A stretch of DNA of 63,999 bases, the filler included, from Jimgerdemannia flammicorona (lineage: Eukaryota), in the NCBI GenBank assembly GCA_003990765.1. It is 3 parts of 3 records of this genome, joined end to end, with 100 filler letters (N's around TTAATTAATTAA, not from the genome) between each part and the next. Parts side by side here need not be neighbours in the genome. Positions count along the whole stretch, not along the records: positions 1 to 21,341 come from RBNJ01001476.1; 2 more parts are not named here. One strand, written 5' to 3'. The position numbers were made by a program, and so were the translations under genes. Under the pieces are notes generated by a model, which did not search any database, had not been told where the DNA came from, and was given only the letters and a program-made list of their open reading frames with translations. Position 1 is the first letter of the stretch. The number at the start of each line of letters is the position of its first letter. Below are positions 1-12,812 of the stretch, piece after piece.

Positions 1-3000
1 AAAAAAAAATCTACTGGAACTTACTATTCTTCTTGTTGAGTTCATAGATTGAGATTGCAATGTTAGAGAATCCTTTGATAAATCTGTAGTAGTATGAGGT
101 GAGTCCCATAAAGGCTTGGGCTTCAGTGATAGTTGTGGGCCTTGGGTATACTGCTATGGCTTGAATCTTAAGAGGGTCTATGTATGTTCCATCTCAGTAA
201 ATGATATGGCTAAGATAGAAGATCTCGAATTCTACAAACTTATACTTCTTGGGCTTGATGTAAAGAGCATACTTCCTTAGCTTCTCTCTTATCTGCTGGA
301 TGTACTGCAGATGTTCTTCAGCTGTCTTGCTCTGGATAATCACATCATCCATATAAACTATCATTCATCTTTCCATATAGTAGCAAAAGATTTTGTTCAT
401 TATTCACTGAAATCTTGCTGATATATTGTACATTTTATATAATATTTACAGGTAGACATAGGTCTGTCTGGAGTGATGAAGGCTGACTTCTCACTTGCTG
501 CTTCTGTGAGATCAATTTGATAGAATCCTGAATATAAGCCGAGATACAATAGTACTGTGCTTCATCTCATAAAATTATAAGAATATTGCTAATAAGGGGT
601 AGTGATTGATGATCCTTCTTAGTAATCAGGTTGAGATTCCTATAATCAGTGCAGAGCCTTAGAGCAAATTCTCCTGGTTTGCTTCCTTTCTTCAGAACTA
701 GTACAACTGGTGAAACCCAAGGACTACTGGCTTCTTTGATGATACCAACTTCTTCTATCTACTTGATTTCTTCTCTGAGCTATTCATGGTAGACTGGTAA
801 TATTGGTCTTGCTTTTTGGTAGATTGGTTTGATGTCCCCCATGTCTGCATTATGATAGTAGTATAGAGTCTTTTCTTTGATATCCTTGAAATCTGTTGCT
901 AGAACATTCTCAAATTCATAGAGTATCTTCTTAAGTTCTTTCTGGAGTGGGAATTCATTTTCAATTTTATAGCTATACTTGTTTGTGGTTTCCTTCTTAT
1001 GATCCAGCTTGGTAATATTAGTACTAGAGAATACTCTTCTTTCTGTAAATCCAAATTCTTTCCTATCTTTCTTTATTTCCTCCAACTTCTTGTCTTCTAT
1101 GTCCTTTGGCCATATGACTGAGAAGATTAACATCTGTACCAGTCAGTCCTTCTTCTTAATTGGAAATGAAATTATAAAGTTGTGGTTTCTAGTAATAAGT
1201 AGTATTTATTTAATATATTATGAATCAATGATTCCTCCTTTGATGGTAATCTCACTCTTGGCCAGACTACTTCTTGTCTTGAGGATTCCAATATTGTCTT
1301 TTAGAATGGTCATCTCCAGACCTATTGCAAGTAGGGTAGTTGTCTGGCCCTTAAGTATGGTTTCTTCTACAATAGTGATATCCATTCCTGCTACATTTTC
1401 TGACTCATATAGATTTCCAAATCTTGATCTTGATCTCCTCTTTATCATCACTATCTTTCAGGAGAGCTGGTAATTAGTCATTCTCTTCCTCCTCCTTCTC
1501 TTCTCTTGGTTGTTTCTCCAGGGTATTCTGTCTTTTTTCATAGTAGATCTTCTTGATTCCACTAGTACACTGATAGCAATCATTGACATACTCCATTTAG
1601 TACATCTTAATTCCATGAGGGCAGACTCCTTATAGTGTATATTCTTCTGTAATCTTCTTGCACCAGTCTTCTTCACTGATCCATTCAACTTCTTCTTTTT
1701 CTGAGTAGTCTCCTTATAGGCTTCTTCTTGTTCACTCTCTTCTTCCTCTATTTCAGAGAGTACTACTTTGTTGACATTGATAGGAATTTGTATCTCCTGG
1801 GAATTTAGATTAATTATTGCCTGGGCTTTATGAAGCCATTGGTTGCTGTTCAGAATGTCATAGTTGGTTGTATTGATTACAATGATATCTACTGAGATGA
1901 TTGCTCCTCTAAACTTGATAGAGATAGCTCAGCTCTTTCCAAGAAGTGTGGCTCTTATTCTATCTACTGTGACAAATACCAACTTGGTTGCTTCTTTAAT
2001 CTCCCAACTTCGGCAGTATGCTGCTTTCTTGCTGAGGAGGCATCCTTCTGCTCCAATATCAATGATAGCCTTGAAGATTCTATCTTCAATTTGACAGATT
2101 ATATAGACAGATCTTGCAATTATCTTCACTTTCTTCTTCTGAGCCTTCTTGAACATTGTTAGCCTCAGTTATTATCCAACCTTGCTATTTAGTTGTTTCA
2201 GTCAGTCCAAATCTCATTTGCTGTCTGAATATGGGAATTTCTACCAGCTGGCCAAAGATTCTATTGACCTTTTATTAGCTAAGGTCCTTGAAGATATCAT
2301 ACTTGAGGTCTTGGTTTTGTTAAGGTTCTTTTTCTTTTCTCCTTCACTGGCTGAGACTGAGGTAGTTTCTCTGATAATATCTTGAACTACTTGCTTGAGT
2401 TCCATGTCTTGATCCATTTCTTCAGCTTGGCTTTCTGTTGCAGTTTCCATCTATTTCTCCACTAGGTTCTTCTTGGGTCTCTCTGGTGGTCTCTTGTAGA
2501 GTTTCTTATGAACATCCTTGGTGGTCTGTGCAGGGTAGGTCTTCTATTCTTCTTTACCAGATTCTCCACTCGCTTCAAAATTGAGAGTGTTGGCTTGTTC
2601 TCTGTTCTATATAGCATTACTTAGTTGAGCCTTGTACTTGGTTTCACTCATATATTCATGTAAGTAGTGGTCTTCTTCTCCACAAGTATAGCAGATACCT
2701 CTTCTTGTCTGAGATAATGACAAACTTCCGAACTAGGTAATGAACTCTTTCTCTGATTTCCTTTACCATATCTCCTAAGTGGGTGGTCATTTCAGCAAAC
2801 TTCTTAGCTAGTTCCTCCATAGGGTCACTGTTTCTTTGCTACTCAGTAGCTCTTGGCTGAGGTGTTTTGATTGATCACTGTAGTGGGAATCACACTAGTT
2901 GTCTTGAGTGCTTCAATTCTGATACCAGTGACTCTTTCCATTGTGTGGTCTTGTAAATGTCTGGCTATCCAGTATTGCTAAGCATAGGTGACCTCCTGTA

Positions 3001-3766
3001 CCAGATCCAGGACTACTGGTGATGAGCAGATGGCTCTGGCTATTTTAGGGTAAACTCTCTTTATTAAGGTTGCCTTGACTACTTTGTCTTAGATGGCAGT
3101 ATTATAATCTGTGAGGATTATCTTATATCAAATCTAGTGTAGAATATATTTAGATCCTCATTCATTCCTTGGTATATTATATTGAGCTGATCCTTCAGGG
3201 CTTTCTTGATCTTATCTATATAGTAGGTGGCTTTAAGCCAGATCTTCTGTGCTGTCAGTAGAGCATCATCATCATTTTCCACATGAGTTATAGCTGTGAA
3301 TGCTGCTCTTGCTGGGCCTTAGAGACTAAAGGGCATGAGGGCTACTTGCTGCCTTGCTGTCAGTGTACTTATAGCAGCATATTGCTCAAAATCATCATTG
3401 AAGGTAATGATTGATTCATCTGAAGTATATCTGTGGAATACTGGTGATCTCATATCTATCTTGTCTAGATGTCTTGGTTTGGTTTATATAGTTGTTTAGA
3501 CAGTAGCAGTTATTAATTGTTCAGCTTACAAGTGAGAGATTCATCTTAAATAACCAGTCAATGGGCACTAAGTTATAACATAGTAGATGTATAACTGTGA
3601 AAGTACATTGGATTTCTATATCTTAAAAACTTGATCTTCCTTAACTCTGCAGAGTCCTTAGAATGTAGGGGTGGGTGAGTTCAAAGTATATTTACCTGCA
3701 GGCTTACTAGTTCTCTTGATTTCTCTTTGCTTTGAACTATTTTGATCTGATGTTTATTCACTCTAG
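1..3766 (-). mobile_element. Decayed Ty3/Gypsy retrotransposon A (part of 5' LTR, gag, protease, RT; runs off window start)
   Basis: Minus strand: RT motif VYMDDVI (~339-358), aspartic protease IIDIGAEGCLLS (ORF 1929..2156), zinc knuckle CYTCGEEDHYLHEY (~2652-2693). Many stops and frameshifts. LTR-like sequence resumes at 10206 after element B. Confidence 0.85.
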
Positions 3767-5016
3767 TGTAATATGCCTGGCTCGATGGAGACAATTTACA
3801 AGGTTGGGAGTTGGTGTAGTTTGGCTTGAACTCCCAGTTACTTTGTTAAACAAAATGTTCTCAGATTCCTTGTTAGTGTTTAGTGGTATAATAGTCAATC
3901 TGGATACAATAGTCAATTTTCTTATTGGGATAGTTCTTGGGTATAATAGTGATTTGTGTGTGTTGGTGACAATTCCTTATATAGGACAATCTGACAATTT
4001 AGCAGTTTTCTTCTTGGGTGACGATCTCCAAGAGTATGTAATTTCTGTATGATGACCTTGATATGATGAACTTGGCAGTATTCCTTATATAGATTTGGCA
4101 GATAATTTGGATAACTTGGTTTGGTGTGGATTCTCCTGAATCAGTGGACTTCTCTGGAAATGTCAGGTAACTTGATAACTTGGATAACTCAGTTTGGCAT
4201 AGATTCTTCTGAATTGGCAGATTCTTCTGGGAAATAACCTGGATGGCACAGATAATTCAGATAGCTTGGATTGTGGATTCCTGGCAAGTTACATCAAAAA
4301 CTGGCTTCGTTTGAATGGAGTTATATCAGAGAGAAACTGCCTCTACTGTGAAGTTGTATCAGATAGACTAGCTTGTGGCAAGTTTCCTTAAGGTAGGCTC
4401 ACCGGGAATTGCAGATAACTCGAAAATGGTGAATGATGTGAATTCTTCTGAATTAGCAGGCTTTTTGAATAATAACTCAGATTCTCTTCTTCTTGGCAAA
4501 GTTACATCAAGACTGGCTTCATTTGCATGAACAAGCTTACTGTAAGTTGTATCAACAGACTGGCGTTGTGACAAGGTGGTGGACTTCTTTTTGAAAATAG
4601 CAGCTCCTCCATGAGTGGCAGATTTACTCAAATTCTTCAGACTTTTCTGACAAGCAAACCAAAGCTTCATATCAGAAAGAGGACTGGAGTTAAAATATAT
4701 TCTGAATTTCAGACTGAGGTTTATTCACTCTTGTCTCTGGGGTATTTTATACAGTTGTGGTTGCTACTAGTTACTATGTAGCTAATTATAGATTGCTATC
4801 AATATAAGTATATCTTAATAGTACAGTGTACTGGACTGATATAGTTTAACTGACTTAGTATAGTATACTGGACTGATACAGATAAATATACTATTTCTGA
4901 TATCTCTGACTAATTATGCAGATTGATACAGTAAGGCAGTCTTGGTTGCTTAGAGCACTAGATATAGTATATAGCTAATTTATAATTTCAGCAGCATAAT
5001 TCTGCTACTCATCACA
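3767..5016 (-). repeat. 3' LTR of element B
   Basis: Minus strand TGTGATGAGTAGCAG...ATTACA; aligns by eye to 8945-10205. Preceded by degenerate purine tract TTAGTAGGAGCTGA (5017-5030). TATAAAA and AATAAA motifs at ~4720-4752. Confidence 0.9.
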
Positions 5017-8000
5017 TCAGCTCCTACTAAAGGATGATCTGTCCTTGGACTATCCTTTAGTCATTATCTCAATAAGCATAAGTATCTTCAGCATCAATAC
5101 CTGAACTGTTATCTTCATTTGGATTAGAGTTACTCAATTCTACAGGTTCTTCTTCTTTTTCTGAGAATAGGATTTCAACATAATTGATGATACTCAGATA
5201 GGTGATGAGATTCATTTGTTATATATTACTCAGAGATAACTATACCTATATCAGGTCTGGGGTATTTTGTTTATAGATTATATACAATCTGTCTACAGCA
5301 GTTGTGTTTTTCCAGGTCAGATCAGTGGAGTTCTTAATATAGATTAGGTCTGGGGCTGGAAAGTTCTGCAACTGTTCTCTAATTACATTGTAGACCTGTA
5401 GCTGAAAAACTTACAGTAAATATCTGACCAAGGTGAGGTTCTCCTGATGGGTCTGGATTCATTAGAGGGGGTTTTAATTGGCTTGGTGGAATTGTGCAAG
5501 AGGAACTGGAAGTAATTAGAATGAACTTAGGATAAGAGTCTGGAGACACTGGTCAATTGTCTAGTTTATAGTAAGGGGAGAGATATATCTTGAGACAGTT
5601 GATATACACTGGTGTCCTTAGAGTTCATCTATCTATACTTCTTAAATAGATACTGGGTTCTCTGATATTATATACAAGATAAGGTCCTTCCCATTTAGGT
5701 TTCAGTTTGGTGACAAAGTTTGTTTCGATCATATATCTCCAAACTAGTACTTGATCTCCAATCTTAATCTTCTGATCCTTCTGCTTCTGGTCATAATACT
5801 TCTTTTATCTCTCTTGGGCCTTAATAATCTGAACTTGGGCTTGATTATATAACTGTTCTGCCTTCTTGAGGAGATCTCCAAGGTTCTCATGATAAGTAGT
5901 TCTGGTTTTCTTTGCAAATATCATCTTGAAAGGCTTTTGTTTGATAGAGGCAGTAGGGGTGTTCTGAATTTCCCATAGGATCTCAGGTAAGCAGAGGTCT
6001 GAGTTAGTAGGATTGACTCAGACAAGTTCTTTCTTAATGGTCTGGTTCATTTGTTCTGTCACACCATTCTGAGAGTAGTATGATGTGGTCTGTTTGTAAT
6101 GGATCTTGTGAATTTAGATATAACTTATAATTATATTATTGATGAATTTGGTGCCTTGGTCAGAGATAAGTTCTTCTGGGGGTCTATATCTGGGTATAAG
6201 TCTATGGAGGAGGCCTACAATGGTCAAGGCACTGTGATTTCTATTGGGAAAGATTTAGGCCACTTGGTCAGATGTTCTACAAATATAAGGATATACTTGT
6301 TCCTTCTTGGTATAACTGGTAAAGATCCAATTATGTCTATTCTACACCTTTGGAAGATGTTGTCTGGTGGTATGTTTAGTTATAATGGTATTTGATAATT
6401 CTTCTGCCCTTTGTACTTTTGGCAGATATCACATTTCTTCAGTATGTCTTGGACTTATGTTCTGAGATTTGATCAATAGTGGTATATCATTTGTAGTTTT
6501 TCTTCTATATATATTTATCTGTCCTTGGCAGGCTTTCTGGTATTCTTTTTGGATGAGATCTTCTTGTGCTTTGATGGTCAAAGGAGTTTCCTTTAGAGTG
6601 TAGTTTCTTAGTACACCCTTCTTCTGGTTCATTGGAGTTGGTGGAAAAGTACATCAACATTGTTGTGAGCTTTCTCTGCTTTGAGAATGATGGTGATTTT
6701 ATGATCTTGAAGGATGAGGAACCAGCAGACCAAGATTCCAGTAGGTTGTTTGTAGTTGAATAGCTATTTGAGGGCTATATTGTCAGTTATTAGGGTGAAT
6801 CTTTTTCTGATGAGATAATACCTGAACTGGATAACTGTTCATATGACTGCAAGGAATTCCAATTTAGTGCTACCATAGTTGATCTGCTGCTGATTGGTTG
6901 CTTAGCTTGCATAAGCTATTACATAGTGCTGTTGGTCAGATACTTCTTGGGCTAGAACTACTCAAAGGCCATCTTTGGAGGAATCTGTATATAAGATAAA
7001 TGGCTTCTATAAATTGGACCAAATAAGGATTAGTGCTGTAGTTATGTAGCGCTTAAGTTCATTGAATGTTTTTTCTGTAATTCTATCTATTTATAGGATA
7101 CTCCTTTCTTGAGAAGGATTCAGATTAGGGCAGTAATTTGAGCAAAGTCCTTGATAAATCTTCTGTAGTAGATTACTAGCATCAGAAATGATAGTATTTT
7201 CTTTAGAGTCTTGGGTACTGGCCAATTGTTAATCTTCTCAGTTTTTTTTAAATCTATATGGATTTCTTTTTTCAAAACTTTGAATCTAAGAAATTCAAGT
7301 TTCTGTTTTCCAAAGTGGCATTTCTTGGTATTGAGTCTTAGGTAGTTCTTATAAGTGAGCTTGAAGAATTCTTCTAGGTAATTCCTCAAAATTTGCTGAA
7401 TAGATATTAGAATCATCCATGTATACAATCAGACAGTAGTAGATTAATAGGCTATAGACTGAGTTCATCATTCTCTGGAAGGTGGGAGGTTCATTGCAAA
7501 GTCTATAGGATATTTGGAGGTGTTTCAACAGTTTTCCTAGGGTAAGAAAGACTGTTTTTGGAATGACCTTAGGGTCTATAGAGATCTTGTGGAATCCGGC
7601 AAAAAGGTCCATAATGCTAAAGTATCTGATATCTTGTAACTGTCTAAGAGATCATCAAATCTGGGCAAAGGATGGATATTCTTTTCTGTAAATAAATTGA
7701 GTTTCCTGTTATCTATACAGAGTCTCCATCCTCCTTTCTTTGGTACAATAAGTATAGGGCTGGCCCAAGGGCTAGCAGATGGTCTGATGACTCTATTGTC
7801 TAAGAGTCTTAAATATGTTCCTTTTTGAAGGTCTTTAGGTAATGGGGTATTCTTTAGGATTTCTGCCAGATGGGTGTTACATTTGCTATATTTATACTAT
7901 AGTGATATGATGGGTTGTATGGCAGATTTCCATGATCAGTAGTAAAGCTATCTTGATATTTTTTGAGGAGTTCTACTAGCTGTTACTATTGCTGAGGTAT

Positions 8001-8925
8001 CAATTCTTCTCCAATATTGGTGGAAGGCTTCACTGTTTCCTAGGTTGCAGAGAGGTCTTTCCTTTCTTCTGAGACCTTTTTCCATTTCCTGATAAGTTTA
8101 GCTCATAGACTTCTCCATGGGTTTGATTGAGAAAAAGCACCAAATATCCAATGATGGTTTCTTTTAGAAAGATGATACTTTCCCAGCTCTGGTTGATTGC
8201 TCAGGAGTGTACTGGATTCATCTTGTCAGAGAATATGTGTCCTTCAATATTCAGATTTGAGATATCTTTATTAGGTTCAAAGAAAAGATTCCTGGAATCA
8301 GGTGGGGCAAAGATTTCGAAGGTATTTTGCTCTCTAGGCTCCAGGATGAGATTCTTATACAGTTTGACTAGTTAGTAATATAACTAATTCTGATTCTAAT
8401 TCTGATTCTGATGCTGATTCTGATTCACCTTCTGAGTTACTAGAGTTTGAGATACTTGGATATCCTGAGGATAGTGTTGGAGATCTTGGATGAGGTGGAA
8501 TAGGTCTGGATATCTTTGAAAGAGCTACTCCTTAGTTTTCTTGTTCTGTGACAGCTGGTGGTAGAGGTTCAATGGACGAAATTGGTAGAACCTCTGCGGG
8601 AAATCAGGCTTGTTCAATGAGGTCTTCAAGTTGTTGTACAAGCTCACCAAAGACTCTGGCAGGGCTGTCTGTATAATCTGGTTGATCTGGTTGATTTAGT
8701 AATAAGTATGTTGACAATGACTAGAGATTTTGTGCTATACTGGCTTTCTGTTGAGATCTTTCTGAAACTAGGTAGTTGGCATGTCTTGAAGTGATTACTT
8801 CTCTTCCTTTCCGAATGCTGGTAATGACTGGTTCTCCTGTAGTAGTAGAGATTGGTGTTTTATCAAATATATCCAGTATGACTGGGGGTTCTTGTAAGCT
8901 GAAAAGTTACATCAATTTGAAATCT

Positions 8926-8942
8926 TCCCAGTTGAGCTCCCA
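8926..8942 (-). promoter_or_regulatory. Primer-binding site, tRNA-Pro type (element B)
   Basis: TGGGAGCTCAACTGGGA 2 nt after the LTR end. Undoing transitions with the element C copy gives TGGGGGCTCGACCGGGA, close to the tRNA-Pro PBS TGGGGGCTCGTCCGGGAT. Confidence 0.7.
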
Positions 8943-8944
8943 AA

Positions 8945-10205
8945 TGTAATGTGCCTGGCTCAATGGAGGCAAATTACATGATTGGGGGTTGGTGTAGTCT
9001 GGCTTGAGCCCCAGTTACTTTGTTAAAAGCAACAAAATGTTCTAAGATTCCTTGTTGGTGTTTAGTGGTATATTAGTCAATCTGGATACAATAGTCAATT
9101 TCCTTATTGGGATGATTCTTAGGTGTAGTGGCGATTTGTGTGTGTTGGCAGTGATTCCTTATGTGGGACAATCTGACAATTTAGCAGTTTTCTTCTTGGG
9201 TGACGATCTCCAAAAGTATGCGATTTCTGCATGACGATCTTGGCATGATGAACTTGGCAGTATTCCTTATACGGATTTGGCTGATAATTCAGTTGACTTG
9301 GTTTGGCACGGATTCTCCTGAATTGGCAGGCTTCTCTGGAAATGTCAGATAACTTGATAACTCAGATAACTTGGTTTGGAGTGGATTCTTCTAAATCGGC
9401 GGATGCTTCTGAAAAGTAACCCAGATGGCGCGGATAATTCGGGTAGCTCAGATTGCCGATTCCTGACAAGTTACGTCAAAAGTTACATCAGAGGGACTGG
9501 CTCTACTGTGAAGTTGTATCAGATAGACTGGCTTGTGGCAAGTTTCCTTAAGGCAGGCTCTCTGGGAATGGTGGATAACTCGAAAACAGCGGATGACGCG
9601 AATTCTCCTGAATTAGCGGGCTTCTTGAATAAACTCAGATTCTCTTCTTCTTGGCAAAGTTATGTCAAGACCGGCTTCATTTGTGTGAATAGGTTCACTG
9701 CAAAGTTGCATCAACAGACTGGCTTTGTGACAAGGTGGAGGACTTCTTGAAAATGGCAGCTCTTCCTTGAGCAGTAGATTTACTCAAATTCTTCAGGCTT
9801 ATCTGGCAAGCAAACCAAAGCTTTGTATTGGAAGGGGACCAGAGTTGAAATGTGTTCTGAATTTCGGACTGAGGTTTATTTACTCTTGTCTCTGAATATT
9901 TTATACAGTTGTAGTTGCTACTGGTTACTACATAGCTAATTATAGATAACTATCTATGACAAGTAGACCTAGATAGTACAGTGTACTGGACTGGTACAGT
10001 GTACTGGCTCAGGACAGTGTACTGGACCTGTACAGTATACTGGCTTGATACAGCATACTGGATCAGTATAGGTAAACATACTGTTCTGATATCTCTGGCT
10101 AATTATACAGATTGGTGCAGTAAAGCAGTCTTGGTTGCTTAGTATACTAGATATGGTATGTGGTTAATTTTTGATTTCAGTAGTATAATTCTGCTACTTG
10201 TTACA
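8945..10205 (-). repeat. 5' LTR of element B
   Basis: Minus strand TGTAACAAGTAGCAG...ATTACA, followed by a PBS. Contains a tandem array of ~19-bp CAGTGTACTGG units at ~9975-10075. Confidence 0.9.
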
Positions 10206-10299
10206 CTAGATACTGGAGATATTTATACAAGTTTGGTAGCTATCAGGTGGCTAAGTTATGACTATGTTTCCTGTGAGTCACTTTTTACAAATATTAATC

Positions 10300-11544
10300 C
10301 TTGATATCTATTAAATCTTAATAATCATCAGAATCTTAACATCTGTGAAATCTTGATATTTGTGAATACTTTAACATTTGTTATAACTTCAATATTTGTG
10401 AAATAATTACTATTTGTAAGACTATACCATATTTGGAAATTGGATTCAGGTACTATAATCAAAAGTCTATTCTTCTGATTTATGTTCCTAATTTGGATCA
10501 ATTATCACAATATGTATAATATCCTTGTTGTTTATAATTATAATACTAGACTTATATATATATTTTCTTAGAGTAGATAGCTTCAATTTTTACAAAGTAA
10601 GTAATTATGACTTTTTCATAGTAGGTAACTTCTACTTTCTGATAGATATAGTTTTAATTATTATATTTGATAAGTTTTTCAATTTGTTGAACCAATTAAT
10701 CTAATTTTGAGATAAGGTTTTGAATTTTATTTCTGACTCTCTACTATTCTTTTGTGAGTTCTTTTTCTTTAGAGGATTTCTTATATAGTTTAGACCAGAA
10801 GATATTTCTTATCTTCTTTTCTATTATTGTCATTTTAGATGACTTTATATTTAATATTAAATTATTCTTACTAGATATTAAGACCTCTTAATATCTAGGA
10901 TATAGATATATTAGATAATATTATGAGAGATCTCATTTATAAAGATTATAGAGTCAATAATATCTTGGTTGATAGTATTGAGTTTAGTGATATATATTTT
11001 CAAATAGATTTTGATAAAAAATACTCATAAAGATTCTCTAAGATTTATCTTTATATCTATAACTAATTCTTGAGCCTTATGATAGATTTCTGTTTCTATA
11101 TATCTTTTAATTATTTAATATGTGATAATTTCATATTATTATATATAAAAGACTACAATATTAATAATAACTTCTAGATCAATACTCTGGTAATTTACTA
11201 TTCATATAAAGATCCCTTTGATAGGCTCTCTTAGCTGAGCTTTAATAAAAGGAGTTTGTCTTTAAAATATTATATCTTTGAAGATTATGATTCCTTAAAT
11301 AGTATTTAAAAATTCTCTTAGATATTTGTCTGAGTATTCTACAAATATAGACAGTAATACTATTATCTCATTATAACTACTTTCTGATTCTGCTTCTTCT
11401 TTTATACATATATATATTGATCTTATTATTAGATACTGTTAAATAGATAATTAAAAATAGTACTAGTCTATAAGTTATTAATATAGCTCTTAGTATTCTT
11501 GAAGATCTAATTCTTGATCTTTTAGAAGTAGCTGGTCTATATAG
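10300..11544 (-). mobile_element. Heavily AT-mutated Gypsy gag remnant (element D)
   Basis: Minus strand FIKAQLREPIKGIF (~11210-11250) matches element C gag IYKTQLREPARGIF. Decayed zinc knuckle *YYNYKQQGYYTYCDN at ~10501-10548. Confidence 0.7.
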
Positions 11545-12812
11545 TGTGATGAGCAATAGAATTATAATGCCAAAATCATAAATTAGCTACATACTATATC
11601 TAGTGCACTAAGCAATCAAGACTGCTTTACTGTACCAACTTATATATTTAGCCAGATATACTGTACTCTTAAGATACACTGTATCCTCAAGGTATACTGT
11701 ACCCTCAAGGAACACTTATCATAGTTAGCAATCTATTGTTAGCAACATAGTAACCCATAGCAACCACAACTGTATAAAATACCCCAGAGATAAGAGTGAA
11801 TAAACCTCTATCTGAAATTCAAAGCAAAAGACAAGTCTGCCTACCACACTTCAAGAGGAACTCTACAGTCACTGCTAGGAAATTGTGAGCTTACTTTCCC
11901 ACTCCAGTCCACTTTCTGATACAAAGCCTTGCTGAAGATATACCACCAAGTTTGAGAAAGAACTTCACCATCTTTTGAAGAGAAACCTACTACTTAAGGA
12001 ATAAGCCATGCTATTGGTTCACTTACCAGATAAGCCTGAAGAATCCAAGTTTGCTGCCAAGTTCAAGTGAAGGACTTTGCCACTGTTTTCAAGTTATCTG
12101 CATTCCCAGAAAGCCTAAGAGAAAGCCACCTGGCTCAAGCCAGTTTCTGACACAACTTTGCAGTGATCTGTCAGGCAAACAAAGCCAGTATTTAAGGTAA
12201 CTTCACCAAGAGACCCTTTCTCAGTTGAAACTGCCATTTCCGAGTAATATTCCCAGAAGCCCGCTGATCAGGAAGAATCTGCAACATTCAAGTTATCTGA
12301 GTTATCAGAATTATCTGCGACATCTGAGTTATTCATTATTCCCAGTAACCCTGACTTAATGAGTAATCCACTACCAGTATAATTCCCAGTAAGCTGCTAA
12401 TTTAGGAAACTGCTGTGCTACACAGAGATTGTCCATTACCCAAGAAGAAATACCACAAAATTGCCAGACCATCATGTATAAGGAATCTGCACTACACGAG
12501 ATCATCATGCCAAGATCATCATACTACATACGAAATTCTATCAATTCTCAGATTGACCTAAGAAGGAAAGACATACAAATCACCACTACACCCAGAGAAC
12601 CATCCCAATAAGGAAATCGACACACAAATCGACCACCACATGACCAGAAGAACTTCTGTTGTATCCAGATTGACTATTATACCACTAAACACCAAGGACC
12701 TCAGAAATCTTAAAACATTTTGTTGCTTTTTAACAAAGTAACTGGGGGCTCAAGCCAAACTATATCAATCCCCAATCTTGTAATTTGTCTCCATTGAGCC
12801 AGATACATTACA
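11545..12812 (+). repeat. 5' LTR of element C
   Basis: TGTGATGAG...ATTACA, homologous to the reverse complement of the B LTRs; followed by PBS TGGGGGTTCAACTGGA (12815-12830). Confidence 0.85.

Larger units (their letters stand above)
3767..10205 (-). mobile_element. Ty3/Gypsy retrotransposon B with two LTRs, CTAG TSD and an internal gag/protease deletion
   Basis: ~1.25-kb direct repeats with TG...CA ends; CTAG at 3763-3766 and 10206-10209. RT IVYMDD (ORF 7349..7612), RNase H YTDSSKDG (~6970-6995), integrase DIIGSLPV...YILIFVEHLTKW (~6260-6340) and PKWEGPY (~5680-5700), in RT-RH-IN order. Confidence 0.92.

Noticed and set aside
3732..4670. ORFs recurring in LTRs (3732..4052, 4368..4670, 9052..9234, 9376..9750)
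   Set aside because: Their similarity reflects LTR duplication; starts and lengths are not conserved between copies.
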